64,000 nucleotides of DNA from an uncultured Bacilli bacterium (GTDB taxonomy: Bacteria > Bacillota_I > Bacilli_A > RFN20 > CAG-826): the NCBI GenBank assembly GCA_947625975.1, contig CANQQL010000001.1, positions 10,833 to 74,832 on the forward strand. Reading direction: 5' to 3'. A program made the translations under genes and the position numbers. Numbering within the stretch: position 1 is the stretch's first letter; each line of letters starts with the position of its first letter. The notes beneath the pieces were generated by a model. It saw nothing but the letters and a program-made list of their open reading frames with translations. It was not told the DNA's origin and made no database searches. Shown one piece after another: positions 28,283 to 38,335 of this stretch.

Positions 28283-29725
28283 ATGCGTTTGTTTGATGTA
28301 GTTCCTAGTAATTTTTTTTCAATCCTCTCTTCTAAAAACAAAGAAGTTTACGCAATGACTTTAAGCGTTCTTTATAAAAGTTTAGAAACTGAAGAGATGT
28401 CTATTAAAAAGGCGGATTTTTTACGTGTTTTAAAAGAAACGGCTACGGATTTAGTTATGAGCCTTGATTTAAGCGAAGAGGATACAGATGCTGATGCTTT
28501 AAATAACTCTAGCCTTCCTAGTAAGGTCGCATTTATTTTGCGAAGACTTGAGGAAACCGGTTGGATTGATATTCAGATTGATAGTGAAAATTTTGAAGAA
28601 TACATTATATTACCTTCCTATTCAATCAAAGTGCTATCGTCCTTAAAAGAAATTAGTGAAGAGCAAGAGGCAGCCTACAATTCATTAGTGCATTCGACAT
28701 ACAGTGAACTAAAACTTGAAGATGATAATCCGGATGATTTGATGTATGTAACTCTTTTAAGAGCATATGAAAATACCAAAAAGTTAAGAATTGAATTAGT
28801 AACTTTAGGTCATCAAATTAAAATATATCAACATCGTTTATCGAACCTATTTACTACGAATGCAGTGTTAGAAAATCATTTTGATGAATATAAGGTTAGA
28901 ATTTCTGATAAGTTATATCATCCCTTAAAAACATTTGACTCAATAACACGCTTTAAAAGACCAATAATGTCTATCTTACAAAAGTGGTTACGAGATGATA
29001 AAATTCGCGAAAAATTGGTTAGTCAGTCCCTACTTTGGCGAAAAGACCGCGATCATCAAAATGCGGAATCTGATTTGATTAATAAGATTAACTTTATCCA
29101 AGATATGTATGAGCAATTAAATACGATGATTAATGAGATTGATCAAAGTCATAGTGAATATACAAAATCCAGTGCCTCAAAAATTATTTATTTTAACAAT
29201 AACGATAAGACTATAAAGGGACATCTTGAAACAATATTTAAAGCTTACGCGAGGGCGAATGCGGAGGTTAATGATGGCAAAGGATATAAGGACTTAAGAT
29301 TTATCTTATCTTCGATGCAAGATTCTTTGCTTTTTCATGAACAAGGTTACATTGATCCAGAATCTATAACACTGCCAATTATCAGGCAGTATCGTGAAAT
29401 TGGTGAGCCATTACCAATTGTTAACAATTTTGAAGAAGCCGGCGATTTGATAATGCAAAACTTTTTAGACCAAACACGTAATGTTTTTACAGATGCTCGA
29501 GTTATGGAATTTATGGAAAGAGCTTTTGGTGATTCTGATATTTTAAATGTGGAAGAAATACCGCTACCGGATTATGATGCGTTTATTTTATTGATTTTAG
29601 CAACTTTAAAACGTAATGATGACGATTGCTTTTATGAAGTAGATTATGACAATAGCGAACATATTTTATCGCAAGGATACATCTTGCCTAAGCTTGTTTT
29701 TAGACGAAAGGAGAGAGTGGAATAA
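28283..29725 (+). CDS. condensin-complex kleisin-like subunit (MksF/JetA-like, putative), first gene of the SMC-like operon
   Basis: 480 aa from ATG 28283 (SD GGAGGAG 5 nt upstream). Acidic, helical, with a winged-helix-like N-terminal region (ILRRLEETGWI). Stop overlaps the next start (TAATG). Assignment rests on size and order relative to the SMC-like ATPase. Confidence 0.45.
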   Translation: MRLFDVVPSNFFSILSSKNKEVYAMTLSVLYKSLETEEMSIKKADFLRVLKETATDLVMSLDLSEEDTDADALNNSSLPSKVAFILRRLEETGWIDIQIDSENFEEYIILPSYSIKVLSSLKEISEEQEAAYNSLVHSTYSELKLEDDNPDDLMYVTLLRAYENTKKLRIELVTLGHQIKIYQHRLSNLFTTNAVLENHFDEYKVRISDKLYHPLKTFDSITRFKRPIMSILQKWLRDDKIREKLVSQSLLWRKDRDHQNAESDLINKINFIQDMYEQLNTMINEIDQSHSEYTKSSASKIIYFNNNDKTIKGHLETIFKAYARANAEVNDGKGYKDLRFILSSMQDSLLFHEQGYIDPESITLPIIRQYREIGEPLPIVNNFEEAGDLIMQNFLDQTRNVFTDARVMEFMERAFGDSDILNVEEIPLPDYDAFILLILATLKRNDDDCFYEVDYDNSEHILSQGYILPKLVFRRKERVE

Positions 29726-30354
29726 TGTTTGAAACGGAATTTGAAAAACTTAGTAATTCTGAGCAAAGTGAATTTTCAAGAGTAGTCAACACTTTGATGC
29801 TTCGCTCTTTTATAGTAAGAGATATTTTTGATAGTAAAGAAAAAGCCATGAGAATCAATAATGACTACCGCTTTATCGAACGCCATTTTGATTTAATAAA
29901 TGACTATTTGAAATACACAAATTGGGTTATGGAAAAAGATGTTTTAAATGGTGTTGTGGCTCTTTTTAATATGAATGAACAAAATCGCTTAAGAATTGAT
30001 CGTGAAACATCCTTGTTGCTTTTTGTTTTAAGACTAATATATGAGACGGAAAAAAATGAGTCTGCTCAAACAGGAGAATCAATATATATTACCACTCCAA
30101 CTCTTATCAAAACTATGATCGATCATGGTATTACCATGTCTGGAAAAAGAATGAGTGGCAGACTTTTTGCGAAATCTTTAAGATTTTTGGCAAATCATAA
30201 TATCATTGCTAAAGTTAGTGGATCTTATGATGAAGGAAATGTTGCCTTCTATATCTTGCCAAGTATCATTTTTGCCGTTGATAACCAAAGAATTAAAGCT
30301 ATGTCTGAAGCTTTGGAACAAATGAAAGCGGGTGATGAAGATGAAAATGCTTAA
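29725..30354 (+). CDS. KITE-like small subunit (MksE/JetB-like, putative)
   Basis: 209 aa with an acidic C-terminal tail (EQMKAGDEDENA). Translationally coupled to both neighbours. Size and position are typical of MukE/MksE/JetB. Confidence 0.45.
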   Translation: MFETEFEKLSNSEQSEFSRVVNTLMLRSFIVRDIFDSKEKAMRINNDYRFIERHFDLINDYLKYTNWVMEKDVLNGVVALFNMNEQNRLRIDRETSLLLFVLRLIYETEKNESAQTGESIYITTPTLIKTMIDHGITMSGKRMSGRLFAKSLRFLANHNIIAKVSGSYDEGNVAFYILPSIIFAVDNQRIKAMSEALEQMKAGDEDENA

Positions 30355-33300
30355 GAAGATTAAGATTATAAATTGGCATTATTTTTGGAATGAAACAATC
30401 AATATAGAACCAATAGTTTTTTTAACTGGTTTGAATGCTTCGGGTAAATCCACCTTAATTGATGCTATGCAAATTATCTTGCTAGGTGATACATCAGGAC
30501 GCTTTTTCAATAAAGCGGCAAGTGAAAAATCTTCACGTACGCTGAAAGGTTATCTGCGTGGAGAACTAGGCGATGCTGAAGATGGTGGCTTCAAATATTT
30601 AAGAGATGGAAGATTCACATCTTATATTGCCTTAGAATTTTATGATGACTTAAATGATAAGTCTTTTACTTTAGGATGTGTTTTTGATTCTTTTGATGAT
30701 GGATCAGAAGAACATCGATATTTTTGTTTAGAAAATAAAATTCCCGAAAATGAATTTATAAAAGATAAAATACCGATGGACTATAAAACATTATCTCAAT
30801 TTTTCTTTTCAACCTATGGAGAAGGAAACTATCGCTTTGTTGATACTAACAAGCAATACCAAGACTTGTTAAAGAAAAAATTCGGAAACATCAAAGACAA
30901 ATATTTTTCTCTTTTCAAAAAAGCAGTTTCTTTTACACCGATTACCGATATTACAACTTTTATTACTGAGTATATTTGTGATGCACAAGGCAATATAAAT
31001 ATTGATTCGATGCAAGAAAATATTTTGCAATATAAACGTTTGGAAAACGAAGCGGCAATAATGGGAATGCGTGTTGATCGTTTAGTAGAAATTGAAAATT
31101 CATATAATGCCTATCAATCAAATTATCATAATATGTCCATCTTTGGTTATATCGTGCAGAAAGCGGAGTTACAAATTGAATTAAATCGCTTGAAGTCTTA
31201 TGAAGATTCAATTGCAAAAGCTAAAACACGACTATTGGAAATTGAAAATGAACTTGCAGAAATTGATGTTAATATTGCGGAATTAAATCGTCGTAAAACA
31301 CGTTTAATTCAAGATAAAGCAAGTAGTGATACTTATCGTTTGACAGACGAACTTCGTGAGCAAAAGAAAGAAGCCACGGAAAAATTAGCAAGTCTAAATC
31401 GTGATGCGCAAATCGTTAGACAAAATTTGGGCAAATACGCTAACGACTTTATTACTATAGCTTCTAAACTGGTAGATAAATTATCTAATCTTGATAAGGC
31501 ACTGTTTAATGATGACCGTGGCTATGAATTTAATGAATTATTAGTTTGTGCTACAAGGGTAGTGGAGACTTCGACAAATTTGCGTGATAATGAACTTCCG
31601 CACATTGAAACACTTTCAATTGAAACATTAAAGGAATGGCGTGATTCCTTGGCAAAGTTTAAACAAATGGTTTCGGCTCTGAGTGTTTCATTGAGTCGTA
31701 CAATCGCAACTTTTGATCGTGAAACAGGATTATTGCGACAACAAGAGGCTGAAATGCGTAATGGTGGGAAATCATATGATCGCACACTTGTTACAATTAA
31801 GAATGAGTTACAAAGAATTTTAACGGAGCGTCATGGGAAACCAATCGTTGTTTCGCTATTTGCGGATTTGATTGATATTAAATCGCAAACTTGGGTTAAC
31901 GCTGTCGAAGGTTTTTTACATTCACAAAAATTTAATTTATTTGTTGAGAGCAAATATTATTTTGAAGCTTATGAAATTTTACGTGACTTATTAGCTAAAA
32001 ATCATTTCTATAACACAACTTTGGTTGATCAAGAAAAAATTCTAGAAAGAAACTACACTTGCGAGAAAGGCTCGCTGGCAGAAGAAATTTTAACAGATCA
32101 TGCAGGAGCTCGTGGTTATGCAAATTTCTTAATTGGACGATTAATGAAATGCCGTAATATAAAAGAAGCACGAGAATCTATGAATGGTATTACTCCGGAA
32201 TGTGATATATATCGTAATTTCACTTTGGGAAAATTGAATCCTCGTAGTTATAGTCCGGCATATATTGGAAGAAGTGTCGGAGAATCGCAAATTGCTTTAA
32301 AACGTGCTGAAATTGATCGTAACAATCATTTAGTGGCTATTTTGCGAAATATTCATAACGACATTGCGGAAGCAAATACTTTCGAAATTATTAATACAAA
32401 TGAAATAAATAATACGATTGCGTTAATTGAAAACTCCCGTAATGTTGATGGCTTAAAGAATACTATCGCATATTTAGAAGAAGAATTATCTAAACATGAC
32501 GTTTCGCAAATTGAGTCTTTTGATCGTCGTATTAAAGATGTTGAAGATGACATACGTAATCTTGAAAATGAAAAAGAAGTCTTATTTGAAGAAAGGGGTC
32601 AGCTCAATTCACAAATTAAGTCATATACAGAAGAAAAAATTCCTGAGACTAAACTTAAATGCGAAGAGAAAACGAAAAACTTAGAAGAAAACTATGATCC
32701 TTTCGTGGTCGCGGAGGAAGCAGAACCGCTCTTTAATCAATTATTAATTGAAAACAAAACACCAATCGAGATGGTTAGTGAATATAATGTTAAATTTTCG
32801 CAAGCTCAATACAAAGCTCAAACGATATTTAACAATGTAACAAAACTTCGTCGGGAATATGTAAAAAATTATCATTTGTCCTATGATACTGAGCAAAAAG
32901 ACAATGAAGCATATCAAAACGAATTAGTTGAACTAAGAGAAATTAAACTTCCGCAATATCAAATTGCGATTACTGATGCATATAATAAAGCGACAAAGCA
33001 GTTCAAAGATGATTTTATCTCTCGCTTAAGAAGTGCAATTGAAAGTGTTGAAATACAAATTGAAGACTTAAATAATGCTTTATCACAAGCTATTTTCGGT
33101 AATGACTCTTATCGTTTTACTTGTAAACCAAGTCAATTATATCGCCGTTATTACGATATGATTAAAGATGATTTATTGCTTCAGGTTGGTGAAGATGAGT
33201 CAGCTTTTATCGAGAAATATTCAGATGTTATGAATGATTTGTTCAAACAAATTGTTGATGTCGGTGAGCATGGTGATAAAAATGCTCAATTGGCTGCTAA

Positions 33301-33748
33301 TGTGGAGAAATTTACAGATTATCGCTCTTATCTTGATTTTGATTTAATTGTTAAAAACAAAGAAGGACAAGAACAGCGCCTTTCGAAAATGATGAAGAAA
33401 AAATCCGGTGGTGAAACACAAACACCATTCTATATCGCGGTTTTGGCAAGCTTTGCACAGCTATATCGGGTTAATGATGCCGGCGAATTGGGTAATTCTA
33501 TGCGCCTTATCATCTTTGATGAAGCATTTTCTAAGATGGATCGAAGCCGTATCATTGAATCTGTACGATTATTGCGTAAGTTTGGACTACAAGCTATTTT
33601 ATCTGCACCATCCGATAAGATTGCCGATATTTCGGAATTAGTGGATGAGACCTTAGTAGTATTACATGATAAGAATACCTCACGTGTTCGTCTTTACGCC
33701 GAAGAAGAAAAAATAAAATTAAATAAGAAAGAAGTAGGCCAGTATTAA
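30341..33748 (+). CDS. SMC-like ATPase of the MukB/MksB/JetC type
   Basis: N-terminal Walker A LTGLNASGKSTLIDAMQIILLGD, then about 900 aa of heptad-rich coiled coil. C-terminal signature-like SGGETQTPFYIAVLASF, Walker B LIIFDEAFSKMD and D-loop. No Rad50/SbcC CxxC zinc hook. Start among the ATGs at 30335/30341/30347. Confidence 0.75.
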   Translation: MKMLKKIKIINWHYFWNETINIEPIVFLTGLNASGKSTLIDAMQIILLGDTSGRFFNKAASEKSSRTLKGYLRGELGDAEDGGFKYLRDGRFTSYIALEFYDDLNDKSFTLGCVFDSFDDGSEEHRYFCLENKIPENEFIKDKIPMDYKTLSQFFFSTYGEGNYRFVDTNKQYQDLLKKKFGNIKDKYFSLFKKAVSFTPITDITTFITEYICDAQGNINIDSMQENILQYKRLENEAAIMGMRVDRLVEIENSYNAYQSNYHNMSIFGYIVQKAELQIELNRLKSYEDSIAKAKTRLLEIENELAEIDVNIAELNRRKTRLIQDKASSDTYRLTDELREQKKEATEKLASLNRDAQIVRQNLGKYANDFITIASKLVDKLSNLDKALFNDDRGYEFNELLVCATRVVETSTNLRDNELPHIETLSIETLKEWRDSLAKFKQMVSALSVSLSRTIATFDRETGLLRQQEAEMRNGGKSYDRTLVTIKNELQRILTERHGKPIVVSLFADLIDIKSQTWVNAVEGFLHSQKFNLFVESKYYFEAYEILRDLLAKNHFYNTTLVDQEKILERNYTCEKGSLAEEILTDHAGARGYANFLIGRLMKCRNIKEARESMNGITPECDIYRNFTLGKLNPRSYSPAYIGRSVGESQIALKRAEIDRNNHLVAILRNIHNDIAEANTFEIINTNEINNTIALIENSRNVDGLKNTIAYLEEELSKHDVSQIESFDRRIKDVEDDIRNLENEKEVLFEERGQLNSQIKSYTEEKIPETKLKCEEKTKNLEENYDPFVVAEEAEPLFNQLLIENKTPIEMVSEYNVKFSQAQYKAQTIFNNVTKLRREYVKNYHLSYDTEQKDNEAYQNELVELREIKLPQYQIAITDAYNKATKQFKDDFISRLRSAIESVEIQIEDLNNALSQAIFGNDSYRFTCKPSQLYRRYYDMIKDDLLLQVGEDESAFIEKYSDVMNDLFKQIVDVGEHGDKNAQLAANVEKFTDYRSYLDFDLIVKNKEGQEQRLSKMMKKKSGGETQTPFYIAVLASFAQLYRVNDAGELGNSMRLIIFDEAFSKMDRSRIIESVRLLRKFGLQAILSAPSDKIADISELVDETLVVLHDKNTSRVRLYAEEEKIKLNKKEVGQY

Positions 33749-33774
33749 TCTGGTCTATTTGTTTATAAAAAGAT

Positions 33775-34677
33775 ATGGAATTAAGTTATGCAAGTAAAAA
33801 AATAAGAGGACAAAAACGTTTGACTATTTTCAAACTATTTTTAGTGGTTATGAAGTGGTTAATTATTATTTTATTATTAAATGGGATATTTTATTTATTA
33901 ATTAATCCATATTTTAAATTAGTCAATGATGTTATTGGGATTACCGTAGCTACGATTATTAGTATTTTACTGTTTATCATTGCCTCAATCATAAATTTAG
34001 TGATTAGTTATTATCGGTTTAATAAAAAATATAAAATTTTTTATCTGGAATTATTAAAAAATGAGGCAATGCTTGATGGTTTAGCTTTATTTGAAAATGA
34101 AAATAGTTTAAATACCGTCGAAATAAATACCATTGAAAGCTATGTGGGTATTCAAGATATTAAGGTAATAAAGGCTATGTCACAAACTAGTAGTTCCGCT
34201 TTCTTTGATCTTTATCAAATCAAATATGAAAATACGAATTTTGCAGTAATAATTAAGACTAAGATAGATTTTATGGGCAATGAACTGATTATACTTCGCA
34301 ATGATGACAGGAAAGGGAAACTATCCTATGATGAAAAAAAACTTAAACAATATGGAATAGGATTAAGCAATACTGAAAAATATTATGGCAGTAATTTTGC
34401 TTTATATGCGACTTTAGATAATCGTGTGTATAAGTGGATAAATAATCAGATATTGGAAGAATTGCAAAAGTTCGCAACATTTGTAAAGACATCGCTTTGT
34501 TTAACACTTTTAGATGATAATTTATTTATTTTTATTGACAATTGGGAAATGCAATTAGAAAAATCAATTTTTAACAAAGATGGTATATATATTATTGATG
34601 CCCAAATAGAAGCGTTAAAAAGATTACAAAGTTATATTGAAAGTATGACTTTATTAATAAATAAAAAGGAGGAATAA
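33775..34677 (+). CDS. two-TM membrane protein with about 210-aa cytoplasmic domain, unknown function
   Basis: TM helices LVVMKWLIIILLLNGIFYLLI and VIGITVATIISILLFIIASIINLVISYY. No Toprim or nuclease motifs recognised. Lies 26 nt after the SMC-like gene and 2 nt before glgC. Confidence 0.5.
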   Translation: MELSYASKKIRGQKRLTIFKLFLVVMKWLIIILLLNGIFYLLINPYFKLVNDVIGITVATIISILLFIIASIINLVISYYRFNKKYKIFYLELLKNEAMLDGLALFENENSLNTVEINTIESYVGIQDIKVIKAMSQTSSSAFFDLYQIKYENTNFAVIIKTKIDFMGNELIILRNDDRKGKLSYDEKKLKQYGIGLSNTEKYYGSNFALYATLDNRVYKWINNQILEELQKFATFVKTSLCLTLLDDNLFIFIDNWEMQLEKSIFNKDGIYIIDAQIEALKRLQSYIESMTLLINKKEE

Positions 34678-34679
34678 AA

Positions 34680-35795
34680 ATGGCAAAAGATCTAGTCGCA
34701 ATGATTTTAGCAGGTGGAAAAGGAACAAGACTTGAAGCATTAACCAAAAAAGTTGCAAAGCCGGCAGTTTATTACGGAGGTAGGTATCGCATTATTGATT
34801 TTCCTTTATCTAATTGTGCGAATTCAGGTATCGACACCGTTGGTGTTTTGACACAATATGAGTCTGTAGCGCTGAATAATTATATTGGTAACGGAGCAAA
34901 ATGGGGGTTAGATGGTAATCGTTCTTTAGCTTTAATTTTGCCACCACGTCAAAAAGAAGAAGGTGCTAATTGGTATCGGGGAACAGCAGATGCTATTGCC
35001 CAAAATATAGATTTTCTTGATTCGGTCAATCCGAAATACGTACTTATTTTATCCGGTGATCACATTTATAAAATGAACTATCGTCAGATGCTGGCCGATC
35101 ATTTAAAAAATAAAGCTGATGCCACGATTGCAGTTTTGAATGTTTCTCTTAAAGAAGCATCGCGCTTTGGCATAATGAATGTTAAAGAGGATATGTCAAT
35201 TTATGAATTTGAAGAGAAACCGGAAAAACCAAAATCTACATTAGCAAGCATGGGAATTTATATTTTTTCTTATAGTGTTTTAAAAGAAGCCTTAATTAAA
35301 GATTTAAATAATGAAAAGTCATCTCACGATTTCGGTAAAAATATAATTCCATATTTAATAGCTAAAAATAAACGAGTGTTTGCCTATCGTTTTGAAGGCT
35401 ATTGGAAAGATGTTGGCACTCTTGAATCTCTATGGGAAGCAAACATGGATTTACTTGATAACAAACAAGATGTTGGCTTGTATGATAATGATCATATGAA
35501 AATTTATTCGGAAGATACAAAGTCAGTGCCGGAATATATTGGAAAAAAAGGTATTGTGAAAAATTCTTTACTTAATCAAGGCTCAGTAGTACTTGGTAAA
35601 GTTGAACATAGCATTATCTCTAATGAGGCAATTATTGAGGAAGAAGCTGAAGTTATTGATTCGGTGGTCATGCCTGGTGCAAGAATTAAAAAAGGCGCAA
35701 AGGTTTATAGGACTATTGTGGGCGAAAATATGGTCATCGAAGAAAATGAAATAATCAATAAGGAAAAGAAAGGAATAGTACTGATTAAAGACTAA
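34680..35795 (+). CDS. glgC: glucose-1-phosphate adenylyltransferase
   Basis: MAKDLVAMILAGGKGTRLEALTKKVAKPAV and GTADAI motifs. Confidence 0.9.
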   Translation: MAKDLVAMILAGGKGTRLEALTKKVAKPAVYYGGRYRIIDFPLSNCANSGIDTVGVLTQYESVALNNYIGNGAKWGLDGNRSLALILPPRQKEEGANWYRGTADAIAQNIDFLDSVNPKYVLILSGDHIYKMNYRQMLADHLKNKADATIAVLNVSLKEASRFGIMNVKEDMSIYEFEEKPEKPKSTLASMGIYIFSYSVLKEALIKDLNNEKSSHDFGKNIIPYLIAKNKRVFAYRFEGYWKDVGTLESLWEANMDLLDNKQDVGLYDNDHMKIYSEDTKSVPEYIGKKGIVKNSLLNQGSVVLGKVEHSIISNEAIIEEEAEVIDSVVMPGARIKKGAKVYRTIVGENMVIEENEIINKEKKGIVLIKD

Positions 35796-35807
35796 GAGGT
35801 GAAGAAA

Positions 35808-36917
35808 ATGTATAAAGTTTTAGGTTATTGTAATTTGCATCATAGTGTGAAATTAGGACCATTGACGGAAGAAAGATCACTAGCGTCCACACCTTTTTTA
35901 GGTCGCTACGCTTTCATCGATTTTACTTTATCTAATTTTTCGAATTCCGGCATTGATCGCATAGGTATACTGGTAAAAGAACATCTGCGTTCTTTAGTCA
36001 AACATTTAGGTAGTTCAAACGCTTGGACAATTAATACAAAAATCGGTACAAAGGCCATCTTATACAATGAAAAAGATGCAAAAAATTCCCGTTATAATCA
36101 TGATGTAAATAACATCAAAGAAAATGACTGGTTAATTTTAAGAGAAAAAGCCGATTTTGTGGTAATTGCTCCTGTTCATTTTGTTATGGCCATTAACTAT
36201 CAAGAAGTAATTGATGAGCACGTAAAAAACGGTGCAGATATTACCATTGTTTATCAAAAAGTAGATAATGCAAAAACTCATTTTGAAACCTGTGATGTTC
36301 TCACTCTTTCCAATAATGTTATAACAAGCTTAAAAGAAAATAAATGTACTAAAGATAACGCTTATATTTCGCTTGAAACATATGTTATTAGCATGCAAAA
36401 GTTTGAAGAGTTAATTTATAAAATCAGTAAGATATCAGCTTTATATGAACTAAGAGATTTAATATTATATGCCATTCAAAATGAAAAAGTATACGGATTT
36501 GAACATAAAGGATATGTACGCTGCTTCGATACTTTAAACCATTATTTAGAATATTCATTAGAACTATTAGATTTTAAAACTCGGCAAAAATTGTTTTTGG
36601 AAAATTGGCCAATCTATACGATTACCAATGACACACCTCCGACCAAATATTTAAATAATGCCGATGTAAAAAATTCATTTATTTCCAATGGAGCAGTTAT
36701 TGACGGGAAAGTGGAAAATTCAATTTTATCCCGAGAAGTTATTGTTAAAGAAGGCGCTGTCATAAAAAATTCCATTATTTTAACTGATTGCGTTATTTCT
36801 TCCGATGCACATTTAGAATATGTCATAGAGGATAAATATTCTAAAGTTATGCGAGCAAAAGATATAAGAGGAAGTAAGGAAGATCCAATCTTTATCAAGC
36901 AAGGAGATGTTATATAA
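35808..36917 (+). CDS. glgD: glycogen biosynthesis protein GlgD (regulatory, adenylyltransferase-like)
   Basis: Paralogous to GlgC but lacks the GGxGxRL motif. Start chosen at ATG 35808 (RBS AGAGGTG). Confidence 0.75.
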   Translation: MYKVLGYCNLHHSVKLGPLTEERSLASTPFLGRYAFIDFTLSNFSNSGIDRIGILVKEHLRSLVKHLGSSNAWTINTKIGTKAILYNEKDAKNSRYNHDVNNIKENDWLILREKADFVVIAPVHFVMAINYQEVIDEHVKNGADITIVYQKVDNAKTHFETCDVLTLSNNVITSLKENKCTKDNAYISLETYVISMQKFEELIYKISKISALYELRDLILYAIQNEKVYGFEHKGYVRCFDTLNHYLEYSLELLDFKTRQKLFLENWPIYTITNDTPPTKYLNNADVKNSFISNGAVIDGKVENSILSREVIVKEGAVIKNSIILTDCVISSDAHLEYVIEDKYSKVMRAKDIRGSKEDPIFIKQGDVI

Positions 36918-38335
36918 TGAAAATAGTTATGGTAGCTTCTGAAGCTAATCCTTTGGCAAAAACAGGGGGTTTAGCCGATGTAGTGTATGCCCTATCTAAA
37001 GAGTTAGCTAAGAAACATGATATCAGTATTTTTATGCCATTTTATAAAATTTCAGAGCACAAGGCAAAGGAAGCAAAATTATTAAAAAATCTGACAATTT
37101 TTATGTCCTGGAGATGCATTAATACAAAGCTATATTTTCTAGAAATTGATGGCATAAAATATTACCTTATCAAATGTGATCAATATTTTAATCGTGATGC
37201 CTTATATGGCTATGAAGATGATATTGAAAGATTTGCTTATTTTACGATAGCGGTTAAACAAATAATGACAGATTTAAATATGCTTCCGGATATAATTCAT
37301 CTTCACGATTGGCAACCAGGCATGCTACCGGTACTTATTCGTGATGATAAAAATAATCAATTAAATCACGCAAAATTTGTTTTAACAATTCATAATCCGG
37401 CATTTAAAGGGTATTTTAATCCTTATTTTTTAGGCGATTTATACGGAATGGATGATAGACATTATATTGATGGATCAATTCGCTTTAAAGATTCAGTTTC
37501 GACATTAAAGAGTGCAATTATGTATGTTAATAAAGTTACCACAGTTTCGCCAAGCCATCGTAGTGAATTGCTTTATCAAGATATTTCGGATGGTTTAAAT
37601 GAGGTATTAAAATTTCGTCAGGATGATTTTATCGGAATCTTAAATGGAATTGACGATCATGAATTTAATCCACGTACCGATGATAAAATTTATGCCAACT
37701 TTGATTTAAGAAATTTTAAAAGCAAAAAAGCCTATAACAAAAAATGTTTGGAAGAAGAATTACATTTAAAAGTAGATGATGCTCCTTTATATGGAATGGT
37801 TTCACGTCTGACTTGGCAAAAGGGAATTGATATTTTACTTCCTACAATTCATGGATTATTAGCAAAGGGAAGAAAGGTGGTTATTCTTGGTTCTGGTGAA
37901 CGAAAGTATGAACAAGCCTTAGAAAATTTAAGACGTGAATTTCCCGATTGCCTTGCTATTTACCTTGGTTACAATGATGTTTTGGCGCATAATATATATG
38001 CTGCATCTGATTTCTTTTTAATGCCATCATTATTTGAGCCATGTGGTCTGTCTCAAATGATTGCACATCGTTATGGCACTCTTCCGATTATTCGAAGAGT
38101 TGGTGGGCTCCAAGATAGTGTAATTTCTTATGATGGACATAATATTGAGGTTGCGGATGGCTTTGGTTTTGATGAATATAGTGAATCCGGCCTATGGTGG
38201 ACATTTGATTGGTGTGAAAAAAATTATTATCAATCGGCGGTAATGCATCAACTTCGTAAGAATGCGATGCATGTTAATCACGATTGGAAAGTCGCGGCAC
38301 AAAAATACTTAAATATATATCGAGAAATTATTTAA
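36917..38335 (+). CDS. glgA: glycogen synthase (ADP-glucose type)
   Basis: MKIVMVASEANPLAKTGGLADVV N-terminal motif (KTGGL). 472 aa. Confidence 0.9.
   Translation: MKIVMVASEANPLAKTGGLADVVYALSKELAKKHDISIFMPFYKISEHKAKEAKLLKNLTIFMSWRCINTKLYFLEIDGIKYYLIKCDQYFNRDALYGYEDDIERFAYFTIAVKQIMTDLNMLPDIIHLHDWQPGMLPVLIRDDKNNQLNHAKFVLTIHNPAFKGYFNPYFLGDLYGMDDRHYIDGSIRFKDSVSTLKSAIMYVNKVTTVSPSHRSELLYQDISDGLNEVLKFRQDDFIGILNGIDDHEFNPRTDDKIYANFDLRNFKSKKAYNKKCLEEELHLKVDDAPLYGMVSRLTWQKGIDILLPTIHGLLAKGRKVVILGSGERKYEQALENLRREFPDCLAIYLGYNDVLAHNIYAASDFFLMPSLFEPCGLSQMIAHRYGTLPIIRRVGGLQDSVISYDGHNIEVADGFGFDEYSESGLWWTFDWCEKNYYQSAVMHQLRKNAMHVNHDWKVAAQKYLNIYREII

Noticed and set aside
33775-34677. Reading the 300-aa protein as a divergent JetD/MksG.
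   Set aside because: JetD/MksG are soluble proteins of about 400 aa with a C-terminal Toprim fold (acidic DxD/E cluster). This protein has two N-terminal TM helices and no such motifs. I treat it as a different, unknown component.
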